64,000 nt of DNA, taken from the NCBI GenBank assembly GCA_035534615.1, contig DATLRO010000101.1, forward strand, positions 23,510 to 87,509, given 5' to 3'. Of the stretch, positions 9,501 to 20,472 are shown one piece after another. The translations under genes were made by a program, and so were the position numbers. Position 1 is the stretch's first letter. Every line of letters begins with the position of its first letter. This DNA is from Vicinamibacterales bacterium. Lineage in GTDB: Bacteria > Acidobacteriota > Vicinamibacteria > Vicinamibacterales > CAVVIG01. The notes under the pieces were generated by a model, which worked only from the letters and a program-made list of their open reading frames with translations, was not told where the DNA came from and made no database searches.

Positions 9501-9783
9501 TGATGCCGGCATCCACCGTCTTCCAGACGCCGCCGCCCGCGCTGCCCATGTAGTAGACGCGCGGATTCGACGGGACGCCGGCCACGGCCGAGGCGCGCCC
9601 CCCGCGGAACGGCCCGATGTTCCGCCAGTGCAGAGCCTGGTACAGGTCGGGCTTGAACGGGCTGACGCTCGCCGGCTGGGCCGTGGGCGTCCGTCCGCTC
9701 GCCAGCAGGATGCCGAACGCGACCAGCGGGACCGCGGCCGCCCGCAGCCATCGCAATGGCGGGTGGAAGCTTCGTCGCAGCAT
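6592..9783 (-). CDS. Sortilin/VPS10-like BNR (Asp-box) repeat secreted protein
   Basis: ORF 6592..9840. Start moved to the in-frame ATG 9781..9783 (GGAGG 7 nt upstream), giving the signal peptide MLRRSFHPPLRWLRAAAVPLVAFGILLA. Many Asp-box repeats (TVDAGITW, STDAGATW, SLNGGKTW, TTDGGDTW, SDNGGRTW, SIDGGRTF, TENGGQTW, TRDGGKTW, TTDYGKTW). Confidence 0.9.
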   Translation of the reverse strand: MLRRSFHPPLRWLRAAAVPLVAFGILLASGRTPTAQPASVSPFKPDLYQALHWRNIGPFRGGRASAVAGVPSNPRVYYMGSAGGGVWKTVDAGITWKNVSDGFFHTGSVGAIAVAASDPNVVYVGMGEPAVRGVATSDGDGVYKSTDAGATWTHIGLDKTMRISSIVVSPTNPDVVYVGAQGNPWMSTPERGVYRSLNGGKTWTLVHHVSDTAGVSQLSMDPSNPRIIYAAYWDHQRLPWEIRSGGPGSGIYKTTDGGDTWTKLTDGLPTGIMGKIGIAVSPADPQRVWANIEADKGGVYRSDNGGRTWTRTSGNRVTRARAWYYTQVTADPQNPNTVYVINAPLLRSIDGGRTFQRVDQAHGDNHALWINPHNDLNMINANDGGAAITFDGGRSWSTENNQPTGQFYRVNADDRFPYYLYGGQQDNTTVGIASRSFGDGISRPDWFTFGGCESASVAFNPKSPRDLYATCYQGMVDVFDRDTKLDRVIMPYPAQGLGARSNEQKYRFNWNTPVVESPVNPNIVYLGGNVVFRTENGGQTWTVISPDLTRNDKKTQGPGGGPITNEGAGGEVYNTILYIAPSPRNVDTLWVGSDDGLVHLTRDGGKTWQNVTPPGIEKTQIKAIDVSPETPGTAYIAATGFKWGDDAPHVFRTTDYGKTWTSIVNGLAPHDIVRVVREDPVRKGLLYAGTNTGVDVSFDDGAHWQSLQLNFPVVPVTDLMVHGDDLLASTQGRAFWILDDLSPLRQLTAAVAGAGVSLFKPAPALRVLDGRPGGHGTGTNPPIGAIIDYELPQAPKAGSPVTLEILQDGKVVRSFSSEAAAEPRGHGFEPTGGAPKPEVLPAKAGMNRFVWDLRGDSLRGVPGIMPGDGLEGYALAPGAYEVRLAAEGRTLTQPLIVRPDPRTTLTAADFAGQQALLARLAARIDEIAAAAASMRDVRTQVAGILTRTSQSAHATAIADAGKKLEAQIDQWVDGIVQPQRKTFQDVINFPPELMDQYTFLFRSVDANDPPVTAALTGRASDLDATWTQRKATLTSLQQQVQQFNDLLKRSGVEPVMEAGRGEK

Positions 9784-9952
9784 GAGTGATCCTCCGGAAA
9801 AATTCCCGGCCGTCCGCGAAGCGGACAGCAGCGTTCGCACGACGTCGGCGGATGTGACGCAGGCGCCGACTCTGGGCAGGTTGTCGGGGGAGAGCGAGCA
9901 AGAAGCAGGCCAGTGCCGTCACGCGGCCTGGCGCCCAGCGGCTCGATCCAAC

Positions 9953-10870
9953 TCAGCCGCGATCCGCGCTCCGGATGCGCACGGCTCGCGGGTGGACGCG
10001 CCCGACGAGACAGTGGCCGCCGAGGACCGACTCGCCGTCGACGTGAAACCACAGCGGCGTCGCCCCTTCGATGGCGACCTCGCGGACGGGGATCATCCTC
10101 ACGTCCGCGCCGGCGGTCAGTCCGCCCGCCAGCATGCCGCACGCGCGCCACAGCCCGGCCATCCGCGAGGGCGGCGCGAACACGACCAGGTCCAGCCGGC
10201 CGTCGTCGATGCGCGCCGCAGGGGCCACGCGGACGCCGTTGCCGAACTGCGACGAATTGGCCAGCGTGACGAAGAACGCCCGGTGTCTGCCGAGCGATGC
10301 CCCGTCGGCCGTCAGCGCGTAGGTCGCCGGGGCGTAGGCGAAGGACTCGCGCAGCACGAGCCCGGCATAGGTGGCGAGGCCGCGCCTGGCGTTCGGCCCG
10401 CGCGCGTTGAAGCGCCGCGCGACATGGGCATCGAAGCCGACGCCCGCCACGTTGACGAACAGCCGCCCGCCCAGCTCGCCGGCATCGATGGTGCGCTCGG
10501 GCGCCTCGAGCGCGGCGGCCAGCGCCCGCGCGGGATCCGGATCGATCCGCAGGTCGCGCGCCAGGCCGTTGCCCGATCCGGCCGGCACGATGGCGAGGGC
10601 CGCCGGCCCGAAGGCGACGGCGGCGGCCACCTCGTTCACCGTCCCGTCCCCGCCCCAGGCGATCACGAGCCGGGAGCCGGCGGCCACGGCGTCACGCGCC
10701 CGCTCGAGCCCCTCGCCCTGGCCGGACGTGACGTACACGTCGGCCCGCTCCCCGTGCGCGGCGATGACCTCGGCGGCGAGTCCGCTGCGGCGGCGGATCT
10801 CGTCGTCCGTCACGAGCGAGCCGGCCATCGGGTTGATGATGACGGTGATCGAGCCGGAAGTGGCGGCCAT
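9953..10870 (-). CDS. Diacylglycerol/lipid kinase family protein (YegS/BmrU-like)
   Basis: The last 305 aa of ORF 9953..11632. ATG 10868..10870 overlaps the rhomboid stop (ATGA). Motifs INPMAG, GGDGTVNEV and PAGSGNGLARDL. The N-terminal 250 aa of the listed ORF overlap the rhomboid gene out of frame. Confidence 0.88.
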   Translation of the reverse strand: MAATSGSITVIINPMAGSLVTDDEIRRRSGLAAEVIAAHGERADVYVTSGQGEGLERARDAVAAGSRLVIAWGGDGTVNEVAAAVAFGPAALAIVPAGSGNGLARDLRIDPDPARALAAALEAPERTIDAGELGGRLFVNVAGVGFDAHVARRFNARGPNARRGLATYAGLVLRESFAYAPATYALTADGASLGRHRAFFVTLANSSQFGNGVRVAPAARIDDGRLDLVVFAPPSRMAGLWRACGMLAGGLTAGADVRMIPVREVAIEGATPLWFHVDGESVLGGHCLVGRVHPRAVRIRSADRG

Positions 10871-11775
10871 CAGACCAGAGACAGGATGTGAACGACAGAG
10901 GCCGCCACGGCGAGCAAGGTCACCGCCAGGCAGCCAACGGCGACGATTACATGATCGACCCCTTCCCGCTTCGAAGGGGCGAGCACCATCGATGCAAGAT
11001 AACCGCCGACGAAGCCACCCAGGTGCGCGTAGTTGTCTACCCCGGGCATGATCAGGCCGAAGACGAAGAGAATGACGGCCCACCGGAACGCCTCGCGCTG
11101 GACCGCGCTGCCGCCGCCGTGGCGGCCGTAGCAGACCAGCGCGCCAAGCAAGCCGAAGATCGCCGCCGAGGCACCGATCGTGATCTGCGCGCCGCGGAGA
11201 AAGAACGGGATGCCCGGGCCGGCCATGTACAGCCCGGCCGCGGAGCTGAGCGCGAATCCGAACACCCCGGCGACCGTATAGATGATGATGGTGCGCGCCG
11301 TGCCGTAGATCTCGTCCACGGACGGCCCGATCTCCCACACCCAGAACATGTTGAACCCGATGTGCAGCAGGCTGCCGTGCAGCCAGCTCGCGCTCAGCAC
11401 GCTCAACCAGTTGCCGAGGCGGAACACGGGAAAGGAGCCTGCGGCCCCGAGCAGGATCAGACTGCGCGAGCTCGGCGCCAGGATGCCGAAGATGCCGCTC
11501 ATGCCGATCTGCTCGCCCATGCCGAGCGTGGCGACCAGGCTGAGAATGTAGAGAAGGACGCAGCCCCCGATGACGAGCTGCACGAAGCCCAGCCTGGCGC
11601 CGAACTGGCGGAACAGCGGCGCGAAGCCCCACATGCCGGGGTTCGGCCGGCCGCAGTTGTAGCAGCGATTGTCGCGCACGCCGACCAGCAGCCCGCAGGA
11701 GGGACAGACCACCGACCCGGTCTTCTGACGCCTGAGCATATCTTGGACGGGGCTCCGCCCCGGACCCCGGCTCAC
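10870..11775 (-). CDS. Rhomboid family intramembrane serine protease with N-terminal zinc ribbon
   Basis: CPSCG..CYNCG ribbon, multiple TM helices, catalytic-type GASAAIFG (Ser) and AHLGGFVGG (His). The start is uncertain (GTG 11775 or ATG 11739). Confidence 0.85.
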   Translation of the reverse strand: MSRGPGRSPVQDMLRRQKTGSVVCPSCGLLVGVRDNRCYNCGRPNPGMWGFAPLFRQFGARLGFVQLVIGGCVLLYILSLVATLGMGEQIGMSGIFGILAPSSRSLILLGAAGSFPVFRLGNWLSVLSASWLHGSLLHIGFNMFWVWEIGPSVDEIYGTARTIIIYTVAGVFGFALSSAAGLYMAGPGIPFFLRGAQITIGASAAIFGLLGALVCYGRHGGGSAVQREAFRWAVILFVFGLIMPGVDNYAHLGGFVGGYLASMVLAPSKREGVDHVIVAVGCLAVTLLAVAASVVHILSLV

Positions 11776-11879
11776 TTCACTCGCTCGCCTCGCGCGGCTC
11801 GCGCCGCTCCGTTCGCGGGCCCGCCGTGCGGGCCGCCGGGCGGCGCCCGGCCACGAGGATGGGGCTTCGGGACGGTATT

Positions 11880-13718
<1,839 letters not shown>

Positions 13719-13789
13719 CCTCCCAGTATAGCTGAGGGGGGGCCGGAGCGGGGGATTCACGACCGGGCCGCCGCCGGCCCGACGCGCGA

Positions 13790-14899
13790 TCATGCCTCCG
13801 GCAGGCCGTTGGGCGCCACCAGCGCCTTCGGCAGGCGCATCGCTTCGGCGTCGACCAGGGCGTCGTTCACGTCCCGCAGCGTGTAGCTCCGCGCACCGAC
13901 GCGGCGCCACGGCACCCGCGCCGCGTGCCGCTCGAGCAGCCGGACCGCCTTCAGGAAGTGCCGCACCTCGCTGCCCCAGCAGCCCTTGATCACCAGGTGC
14001 TTGCGGTTGATCTGCTCGTGCACGTTCACCGTGCTCGGGCCGGCGTTCGTGTAGTGGCCGGCAATCACGTACGTGCCGCCGTCGCGCACCAGGTCGAGCG
14101 CCTCTTCGAAGGCCCGCGCCGAGCCGGCCGCCTCGATCGCCACGTCGACCCCCACGCCGCCGGTCGCCGCCCGCACCGCCGCCAGCCGCTCGTCGAGATC
14201 CGTCTCCGTCAGCCCCAGCACCACGTCCGCACCCATGTCGCGCGCCAGCTGCAGCCGATCCGCCGGCGCGCCGATCGCGATGATCGTCCCGGCCCCCGCC
14301 AGCCGCGCCAGCGCAATCGCACTCAGGCCGACGGCGCCGGTCCCCTGCACGAGCACGCTGTCGCCCAGCTGCATGTCCGTCCGCTCGACGGCGTGCACGG
14401 CGGTCACCAGGCCGCAGCCGCCGCCGATGTAGTCGCCGGCCGGCACCGCGTCGGGCAGCCGGGTCAGCGACACGCCCGGCTCCAGGTAGATCGCCTCGGC
14501 CCAGCCCCCGAACAGCCCCTCGCCGGCCGGATCCGTGATGCCGTACACCCGGCGGGACGTGCAGCGCGTCGGCGTGCGATCCACCGTGCACGCCCGGCAT
14601 CGGCCGCACGTCCGGTGCACGTCGAAGAAGACGACCCGGTCGCCCTCGCGCAGCGTCTCCCCTTCGAGCCCGCGGAGCCCCCCGCGGATCTTCGCGAGCC
14701 TCCCGACCGACACGTGGCCCGGAATAATCGGATACGGGACGCCCTGCAGCCGTCCGTGCCACAGGTGCACGTCCGTCCCGCACACCTCGGAGTAGATCGT
14801 CCGCAGCAGCGCGCTGCCGGGCGCGAGATCGGGTTCAGGATATTCCCGCAGTTCCACGGGTACCCGAGGCGCCGTCATGACCGCAGCCAGAATCGACAT
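13790..14899 (-). CDS. Zinc-binding alcohol dehydrogenase family (MDR) oxidoreductase
   Basis: 369 aa from ATG 14897..14899. CGTDVH, GHVSVG, CGRCRAC structural-Zn cluster and a GTGAVG Rossmann motif. The upstream part of the listed ORF is a Pro/Arg-rich extension. Confidence 0.85.
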   Translation of the reverse strand: MSILAAVMTAPRVPVELREYPEPDLAPGSALLRTIYSEVCGTDVHLWHGRLQGVPYPIIPGHVSVGRLAKIRGGLRGLEGETLREGDRVVFFDVHRTCGRCRACTVDRTPTRCTSRRVYGITDPAGEGLFGGWAEAIYLEPGVSLTRLPDAVPAGDYIGGGCGLVTAVHAVERTDMQLGDSVLVQGTGAVGLSAIALARLAGAGTIIAIGAPADRLQLARDMGADVVLGLTETDLDERLAAVRAATGGVGVDVAIEAAGSARAFEEALDLVRDGGTYVIAGHYTNAGPSTVNVHEQINRKHLVIKGCWGSEVRHFLKAVRLLERHAARVPWRRVGARSYTLRDVNDALVDAEAMRLPKALVAPNGLPEA

Positions 14900-15110
14900 A
14901 CCGCGTTCCGCCACCTTTCCCGCCGGACACCGGAGCGCGCCGGGCGGCGCTCCCCCCGGTCCATCGGACCCGCCCGCGATCTTATCGCGAAAGTCCCCTG
15001 CCCACGACGGCGCCGGCGGCGCCGCCGGGCCGTCCGCCGCCTCCGCGGTTGTGCGACAATGGATCACAGGCGGCCGGCGCCCGGTGAGGCGCGCCGCCAG
15101 GGAGTGAACG

Positions 15111-15335
15111 ATGCCGCTGTTCGAATACGAATGCCGGGAATGCGGGCACCGGTTCGAGGAGCTCGTCCGCAACGGCCAGGCGCCGGCCTGTCCCTCGTGC
15201 CACAGCGCGCGCCTGGAAAAGCTGCTGTCCGTCTTCGCCGTCGGCGCCGCCGGACCGTCCGGCGGGTCGGCCGCCGTCGCCCCGTGTGGCGCCTGCGGCG
15301 ACCCGCGCGGTCCGGGCGCCTGCAGCCTGAACTGA
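15111..15335 (+). CDS. FmdB family zinc-ribbon protein
   Basis: MPLFEYECRECGHRFEEL...CPSC, the characteristic CxxC...CxxC N-terminus. GGGAG SD upstream. Confidence 0.88.
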   Translation: MPLFEYECRECGHRFEELVRNGQAPACPSCHSARLEKLLSVFAVGAAGPSGGSAAVAPCGACGDPRGPGACSLN

Positions 15336-15387
15336 ACCGGCCGCCGGGGACGGGCGTGCCCGTCCCCGGATCCCTCTTCCTCACTCG

Positions 15388-17535
15388 ATGTCCGAACCCC
15401 AGACGCCTGCGGCCGAGGCCCCGCCGGATGCCGCGGTCTCCACGCTGGACCGGCTGTTCCGCCCGCGATCCGTCGCCGTCATCGGCGCGTCCCGCGAGCG
15501 TCACACGATCGGCTGGGACATCCTGCACAACCTGCTGACCTACGAGTTTCAGGGCGAGGTCTTTCCGGTCAATCCACGCGCGACGGTCGTCCACAGCCTC
15601 AAGTGTTACGCGGACGTCGAGGCCATTCCGGACGCCGTGGACCTGGCGGTGGTGTCAGTCCCCAAGCCGCTCGTGCGGGGGGTCGTCGAGGCGTGCGGGC
15701 GCAAGGGGATCGGCGGCCTGGTGATCGTCACGGCCGGCTTCAAGGAGGTCGGCGAGGCGGGCGCGGCCGACGAACGGGCCATCCGCGACATCGCGCGGGC
15801 GCACGGCATGCGGATGATCGGCCCCAACTGCATGGGGATCATCAACACGGATCCGGCCGTGCGGCTGCAGGCCTCGTTCGCGGCCACCGAGCCGCTCGAG
15901 GGCAACATCGCGTTCTCGTCGCAGTCCGGCGCGCTCGGCGAGGCCGTGCTTGCGGCGATGCGCGACATGGGCCTGGGGCTGTCGATGTTCGTGTCGCTCG
16001 GCAACAAGGCCGACGTGTCGGGCAACGACCTGCTGGAGTACTGGGAGCGCGATCCGCGGACGCGCGCGATCCTGATGTACCTGGAGAGCTTCGGCAACCC
16101 CCGCCGCTTCGTGACGCTCGCCCGGCGCGTGACGCAGACCAAGCCGGTGCTCGTCGTCAAATCGGGCCGCACGGCGGCCGGCGCCCGCGCGGCCGCGTCA
16201 CACACCGGGTCGCTGGCCGGCGCCGACACGGCGGTCGACTCGCTGCTCGCGCAGTGCGGCGTCATCCGCGCCGCCTCCATCCACGAGCTGTTCGTCTGCG
16301 CCGCCGCCTTCTCGACCCAGCCCGTGCCGCGCGGCAAGCGCATCGCCATCGTCACGAACTCGGGCGGCCCCGCCATCCTCGCGACCGACGCCTGCGTGCA
16401 GCTCGGCCTGGAGATTCCAGCCCTCGATCCGGCCACGCAGCAGGCGATGCGCCGCGTGCTGGCCCCGGAGGCGAGCGTCGTCAATCCGGTCGACATGATC
16501 GCCACGGCGACCGGCGAGAAGTACGAGATCTGCCTGCGCGCCGTCGCCGCCGACCCGCACGTCGATGCGATCATCGCGATCTTCACGTCGCTCGAGATGA
16601 TCGACGGGCTGAAGGTCGCTGAAGGCATCGCGCAGGGCCTGGCCGGGCAGGACAAACCCGCGGCCGTCTGCTTCATGGGCAAGCTGGCGTCGCGCGAAGG
16701 GATCGAGCGGCTGAAGACCGCCGGGCTGCCGGTCTACACGTTCCCGGAAGATGCCGCGATGGCGCTCCACGCGCTCGTGCGGTACCGGCTGTGGCGCGAG
16801 CGTCCGGCCGGCACCGTGCCGGTCTTCACGGACGTCGATCGCGACGCCGTGCGGCGGACGTTCGCGGAGGCCCGGCAGCAGGGACGGCTGCAGCTGACCC
16901 TGGCCGAAGCCAGCCGGGTCATCGAGGCGGCCGGCATCGCGATGGCGCCGTGGCGCGAGGCCGCCACCCCGGACGCGGCCGCGGCGGCGGCCGGCGAGCT
17001 GGGGTATCCGGTCGCGCTCAAGATCAGCTCGGCCGTGCTCGTCCACAAGTCGGATGTCGGCGGCGTGCGGCTGAACCTCGGCGATCGCGAGGCGGTGGCA
17101 CGGGCGGCCGGCGAGCTGCTGGCCCGCGCCCGCGGGCAGGACGCCGCCGCGACGCTCGTGGTGCAGCGGATGACGGCCGGCGTGACCGAGGTGATTTTCG
17201 GCTCGGCCGCCGACCCGCAGTTCGGTCCCCTCATGATGTTCGGGCTGGGCGGCGTCTTCGTCGAGGTGCTGAAGGACGTGGTGTTCCGCGTCCATCCGAT
17301 CTCGGACGTGGATGCCGACGACATGATCGCGGCGATCAAGGGCTATCCGCTGCTGACCGGCGCCCGCGGCCTGCAGCCGGTGAACCTGGCCGCGATCAAG
17401 GAGACGCTGCTGCGGCTCAACCAGCTCCTGGCCGACTTCCCGGAGATCCAGGAACTGGACATCAATCCGTTCTTCGCCGCGGCGGCCGGCGCGCCGTCGC
17501 TCGCCGCCGACGCCCGCCTGCAGCTGGCCCGCTGA
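15388..17535 (+). CDS. ADP-forming acetyl/acyl-CoA synthetase family protein (CoA-binding + ATP-grasp)
   Basis: 715 aa. N-terminal CoA-binding/succinyl-CoA synthetase-like domains (SVAVIGASRE.., GPNCMGI) and a C-terminal ATP-grasp region. Confidence 0.88.
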   Translation: MSEPQTPAAEAPPDAAVSTLDRLFRPRSVAVIGASRERHTIGWDILHNLLTYEFQGEVFPVNPRATVVHSLKCYADVEAIPDAVDLAVVSVPKPLVRGVVEACGRKGIGGLVIVTAGFKEVGEAGAADERAIRDIARAHGMRMIGPNCMGIINTDPAVRLQASFAATEPLEGNIAFSSQSGALGEAVLAAMRDMGLGLSMFVSLGNKADVSGNDLLEYWERDPRTRAILMYLESFGNPRRFVTLARRVTQTKPVLVVKSGRTAAGARAAASHTGSLAGADTAVDSLLAQCGVIRAASIHELFVCAAAFSTQPVPRGKRIAIVTNSGGPAILATDACVQLGLEIPALDPATQQAMRRVLAPEASVVNPVDMIATATGEKYEICLRAVAADPHVDAIIAIFTSLEMIDGLKVAEGIAQGLAGQDKPAAVCFMGKLASREGIERLKTAGLPVYTFPEDAAMALHALVRYRLWRERPAGTVPVFTDVDRDAVRRTFAEARQQGRLQLTLAEASRVIEAAGIAMAPWREAATPDAAAAAAGELGYPVALKISSAVLVHKSDVGGVRLNLGDREAVARAAGELLARARGQDAAATLVVQRMTAGVTEVIFGSAADPQFGPLMMFGLGGVFVEVLKDVVFRVHPISDVDADDMIAAIKGYPLLTGARGLQPVNLAAIKETLLRLNQLLADFPEIQELDINPFFAAAAGAPSLAADARLQLAR

Positions 17536-17539
17536 AGCC

Positions 17540-19876
17540 CTACTCCAGCCGCAGCCGCCGCAGCCGCAGCGCGTTGCTGATCACCGACAGCGAGCTCGCC
17601 GTCATCGCGACGCTCGCCCAGACGGGACTGATCAGCAGGCCGACGAACGGGTACAGGATGCCGGCGGCTACCGGCACGCCGACCATGTTGTAGGCGAACG
17701 CCAGGAACAGGTTCTGCCGGATGTTCCGCAGCGTCCCGCGGCTCAGGCGCCGCGCCCGGACGATGCCGCGCAGGTCGCCCTTCACGAGCGTGATGCCGGC
17801 GCTCTCCATCGCGATGTCCGTGCCGGTCCCCATCGCGATGCCGACGCTCGCCGCCGCCAGGGCGGGCGCATCGTTGATCCCGTCGCCCGCCATCGCCACA
17901 ACCCGCCCCTGCCGCTGCAGCTCGAGGACGACGTCACGCTTGCCGCCCGGCAGGACGCCCGCCCGCACCTCGTCCAGGCCGAGCTGGCGCGCCACGGCGT
18001 CCGCCGTCGCCTGACTGTCGCCCGTCACCATGACGATCCGGAGCCCCTCCTGATGCAGCCGCGCGATCGCGTCGGCCGCCGAGGCCTTGATCGGATCGAC
18101 GACCGACAGCAGGCCGGCCAGCCGGCCGTCGACCGCCACGAACATGACCGTGCGGGCGTCGCGCCGCCATTCCTCGGCGCGCGCCGCCAGCGGGCCGGCG
18201 TCGAGGCCGGCCTCGCGCAGCAGGTCGGCCGTGCCGAGCACCACCGGATGCCGATCGACGAGGCCGCGCACCCCCTGGCCGGTCAGCGACTCGAACGCGC
18301 TCACCGCCGGCAGGCGCAGGCGACGCGCCTCGGCGCCGCCGACGATCGCTGCCGCCAGCGGATGCTCGCTCGCCCGCTCGAGCGCGGCCGCCAGCCGGAG
18401 CACCTCGTCTTCCTGGAAGCCGTCCACCGTCTCGACCTGCGCCAGCTGCGGCTTTCCCTCGGTGAGCGTCCCCGTCTTGTCGACGATCAGCGTGTCGACC
18501 GACGCCAGGCGCTCGAGCGCCTCGGCGTTGCGGATGAGCACGCCGGCCCTCGCCCCCTGGCCGGTGCCGACCATGATCGCCATCGGCGTGGCGAGCCCGA
18601 GCGCGCACGGGCACGCGATGATGAGCACGGCCACCGCGTTGACCAGCGCGGCCGCGAGCCGCGGCGGCGGTCCCCACAGGCCCCACGCGACGAACGTCAG
18701 GACCGCGACCGTCACGACCGCCGGCACGAAGTACCCCGCCAGCCGGTCGGCCAGCCGCTGGATCGGGGCGCGGGTCCGCTGGGCCTCGCTGACCATCTGC
18801 ACGATCTGCGCGAGCAGCGTCTCCCGGCCCACGTGCTCGGCCCTCATCGTCAGGCTGCCGGTGCCGTTGATCGTGGCGCCGATCACGCGCGCGCCCGGTC
18901 CCTTCTCCACCGGCATCGGCTCGCCGGTCACCATCGATTCGTCGACCGCGCTGCCGCCGTCGATCACCGTGCCGTCGACCGGCACCTTCTCGCCCGGCCG
19001 TACGCGCAGCGTGTCGCCGACCTGCACCGCCTGGAGCGGAATGTCCTCCTCGCGGCCGTCCCGGATGAGGCGGGCCGTCTTCGGCGCGAGGCCGAGCAGC
19101 TGCCGGATGGCCGCGGTCGTCCGGGCCCTGGCGCGGAGCTCGAGCACCTGGCCGAGCAGCACGAGCACGGTGATGACGACCGCCGAGTCGAAGTAGGTCG
19201 GCACGGCGCCATCGCGGCGGAACCCGGCCGGCAAGATGCCGGGCGCGATCGTGGCGGCGCCGCTGTAGACGTACGACGCCCCGACGCCGAGCCCGATCAG
19301 CGTGAACATGTTCGGGCTGACGTGCCGGATCGAGGCCCATGCCCGCTCGAAGAACGGCCAGCCGGCCCAGAGCACCACCGGCGTCGCGAACACCAGGCCG
19401 ATCCAGTTCGCCGCCGACGGGCCCACCAGCTCGTGCACGCGCCCGCCGGTCAGCATCGAGCCCATCTCGAGCAGAACGACCGGCAGCGCGAACAGGACGC
19501 CCACCTTGAAGCGGCGCAGCATGTCGAGCAGCTCCGGGTTCGGCCGCTCTTCCGCCTCGACCATCTGCGGCTCCAGCGCCATGCCGCATTTCGGGCAGGC
19601 CCCGGGGCCCCGCTGGACCACCTCGGGGTGCATCGGACACGTATAAAGGGCGTCGGCCTCGCCGGGCGCCGCGCCCGCGCCCGCCGGCGGCGAGGGCGAG
19701 ACGTACCGTGCCGGGTCCGCGACGAATTTCTCCCGGCACCCCGTCCCGCAGAACCAGTACGTCCGCCCCTCGAACCCCGCGCTCCCCGCCTTCGTCGGCG
19801 GCGTCACCGTCATCCCGCACACCGGGTCGATCGTGGCGACGCCCGCGCTCGCCTGTCCTGCTGCCTCTTGCGTCAT
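17540..19876 (-). CDS. copA: Copper-translocating P1B-type ATPase
   Basis: TGEPMPV, CPC ([12 protein letters not shown]), DKTGTLT and [11 protein letters not shown]-terminal TRASH/YHS-like ([20 protein letters not shown]) and [14 protein letters not shown] modules. Lies 19 nt downstream of csoR. Confidence 0.93.
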   Translation of the reverse strand: MTQEAAGQASAGVATIDPVCGMTVTPPTKAGSAGFEGRTYWFCGTGCREKFVADPARYVSPSPPAGAGAAPGEADALYTCPMHPEVVQRGPGACPKCGMALEPQMVEAEERPNPELLDMLRRFKVGVLFALPVVLLEMGSMLTGGRVHELVGPSAANWIGLVFATPVVLWAGWPFFERAWASIRHVSPNMFTLIGLGVGASYVYSGAATIAPGILPAGFRRDGAVPTYFDSAVVITVLVLLGQVLELRARARTTAAIRQLLGLAPKTARLIRDGREEDIPLQAVQVGDTLRVRPGEKVPVDGTVIDGGSAVDESMVTGEPMPVEKGPGARVIGATINGTGSLTMRAEHVGRETLLAQIVQMVSEAQRTRAPIQRLADRLAGYFVPAVVTVAVLTFVAWGLWGPPPRLAAALVNAVAVLIIACPCALGLATPMAIMVGTGQGARAGVLIRNAEALERLASVDTLIVDKTGTLTEGKPQLAQVETVDGFQEDEVLRLAAALERASEHPLAAAIVGGAEARRLRLPAVSAFESLTGQGVRGLVDRHPVVLGTADLLREAGLDAGPLAARAEEWRRDARTVMFVAVDGRLAGLLSVVDPIKASAADAIARLHQEGLRIVMVTGDSQATADAVARQLGLDEVRAGVLPGGKRDVVLELQRQGRVVAMAGDGINDAPALAAASVGIAMGTGTDIAMESAGITLVKGDLRGIVRARRLSRGTLRNIRQNLFLAFAYNMVGVPVAAGILYPFVGLLISPVWASVAMTASSLSVISNALRLRRLRLE

Positions 19877-19895
19877 GGCCGCGTCTCCCTCGTGC

Positions 19896-20252
19896 TCATC
19901 GCAGGTGCCGGTAGATCACGTCGAGCAGTTCGTCGTACATCGCCTCGACGGCCGCCGGCGTCCCCTCGCGCAGCGTCCGGCGGGCGCAGTGCTGCAGGTG
20001 ATTCCGCATCAGCGCCCGCGCCACGCTCCGCAGCGCTTCCTGGACCGCGGCGATCTGCGTGATGACGTCGGGACAGTAGCGATCGTCCTCCACCATCTTC
20101 TGCAGCCCGCGTATCTGTCCTTCGATGCGCCGGAGCCGCGTCAGATTCGAGGCCTTGATCGCCGGATCGACGCCGAGCGCCTTCCGGGCCGCGCCGCCGC
20201 GGTCACAGCCTGGCGTCCGGGCTCCGGGCTTCCTGCCGGCTCGGGATGTCAT
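19896..20252 (-). CDS. csoR: CsoR family copper-sensing transcriptional repressor
   Basis: [28 protein letters not shown]...NHLQHC. C..H-x3-C ligand pattern of Cu(I)-sensing CsoR. Cognate operator lies upstream. Confidence 0.9.
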   Translation of the reverse strand: MTSRAGRKPGARTPGCDRGGAARKALGVDPAIKASNLTRLRRIEGQIRGLQKMVEDDRYCPDVITQIAAVQEALRSVARALMRNHLQHCARRTLREGTPAAVEAMYDELLDVIYRHLR

Positions 20253-20313
20253 CGCACGCGTCCTGGCGGGCGTCGCGCCTGCACCGTGCAGGCGGTCCCC
20301 CGCACCCGTCCAT

Positions 20314-20332
20314 TATACCCCCTGAGGGTATA
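20314..20332. promoter_or_regulatory. CsoR operator TATACCC-N5-GGGTATA overlapping a perfect -10 (TATAAT on the - strand, 20312..20317)
   Basis: Read directly. GC-tract-containing pseudo-palindrome of the type bound by CsoR (TACCC..GGGTA), about 60 nt upstream of the csoR ATG. Confidence 0.8.
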
Positions 20333-20472
20333 TGGCGACTCCCGTGGCCTGGCGCGGCCCGAGGGGCGAGCCCGGCCCTCCCGGACTCGGACGCAGAGGA
20401 CACAGCGGGCGGGAGGAGCGGCCGCCGCGGGAACCCGGCCGGGCACGGGTCCGCGTGGCGTACGGAGGGCCG

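Noticed and set aside
9798-9826. Hairpin GTCCGC-GAAG-GCGGAC plus A5/T5 run, considered as the terminator of the lipid kinase gene
   Set aside because: It lies about 130 nt downstream of the kinase stop and only about 15 nt upstream of the BNR gene RBS. The T-run is 9 nt from the stem. It cannot be distinguished from a 5'-UTR structure.
9953-11632. 559-aa ORF that appears to fuse an unknown N-terminus to the lipid kinase
   Set aside because: The N-terminal ~250 aa overlap the rhomboid gene out of frame and are Arg/Gly-rich. The kinase homology starts at MAATSGSITVIINPMAG, whose ATG overlaps the rhomboid stop.
13719-14783. N-terminal extension of the typA ORF (967 aa listed). The same problem affects ORFs 13790..15172, 36150..38435, 37835..39193, 38407..40848 and 47370..49184.
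   Set aside because: The extensions run through upstream genes in another frame and have junk-like composition. Family homology begins at internal starts, most of them with an SD sequence or a stop-start overlap.
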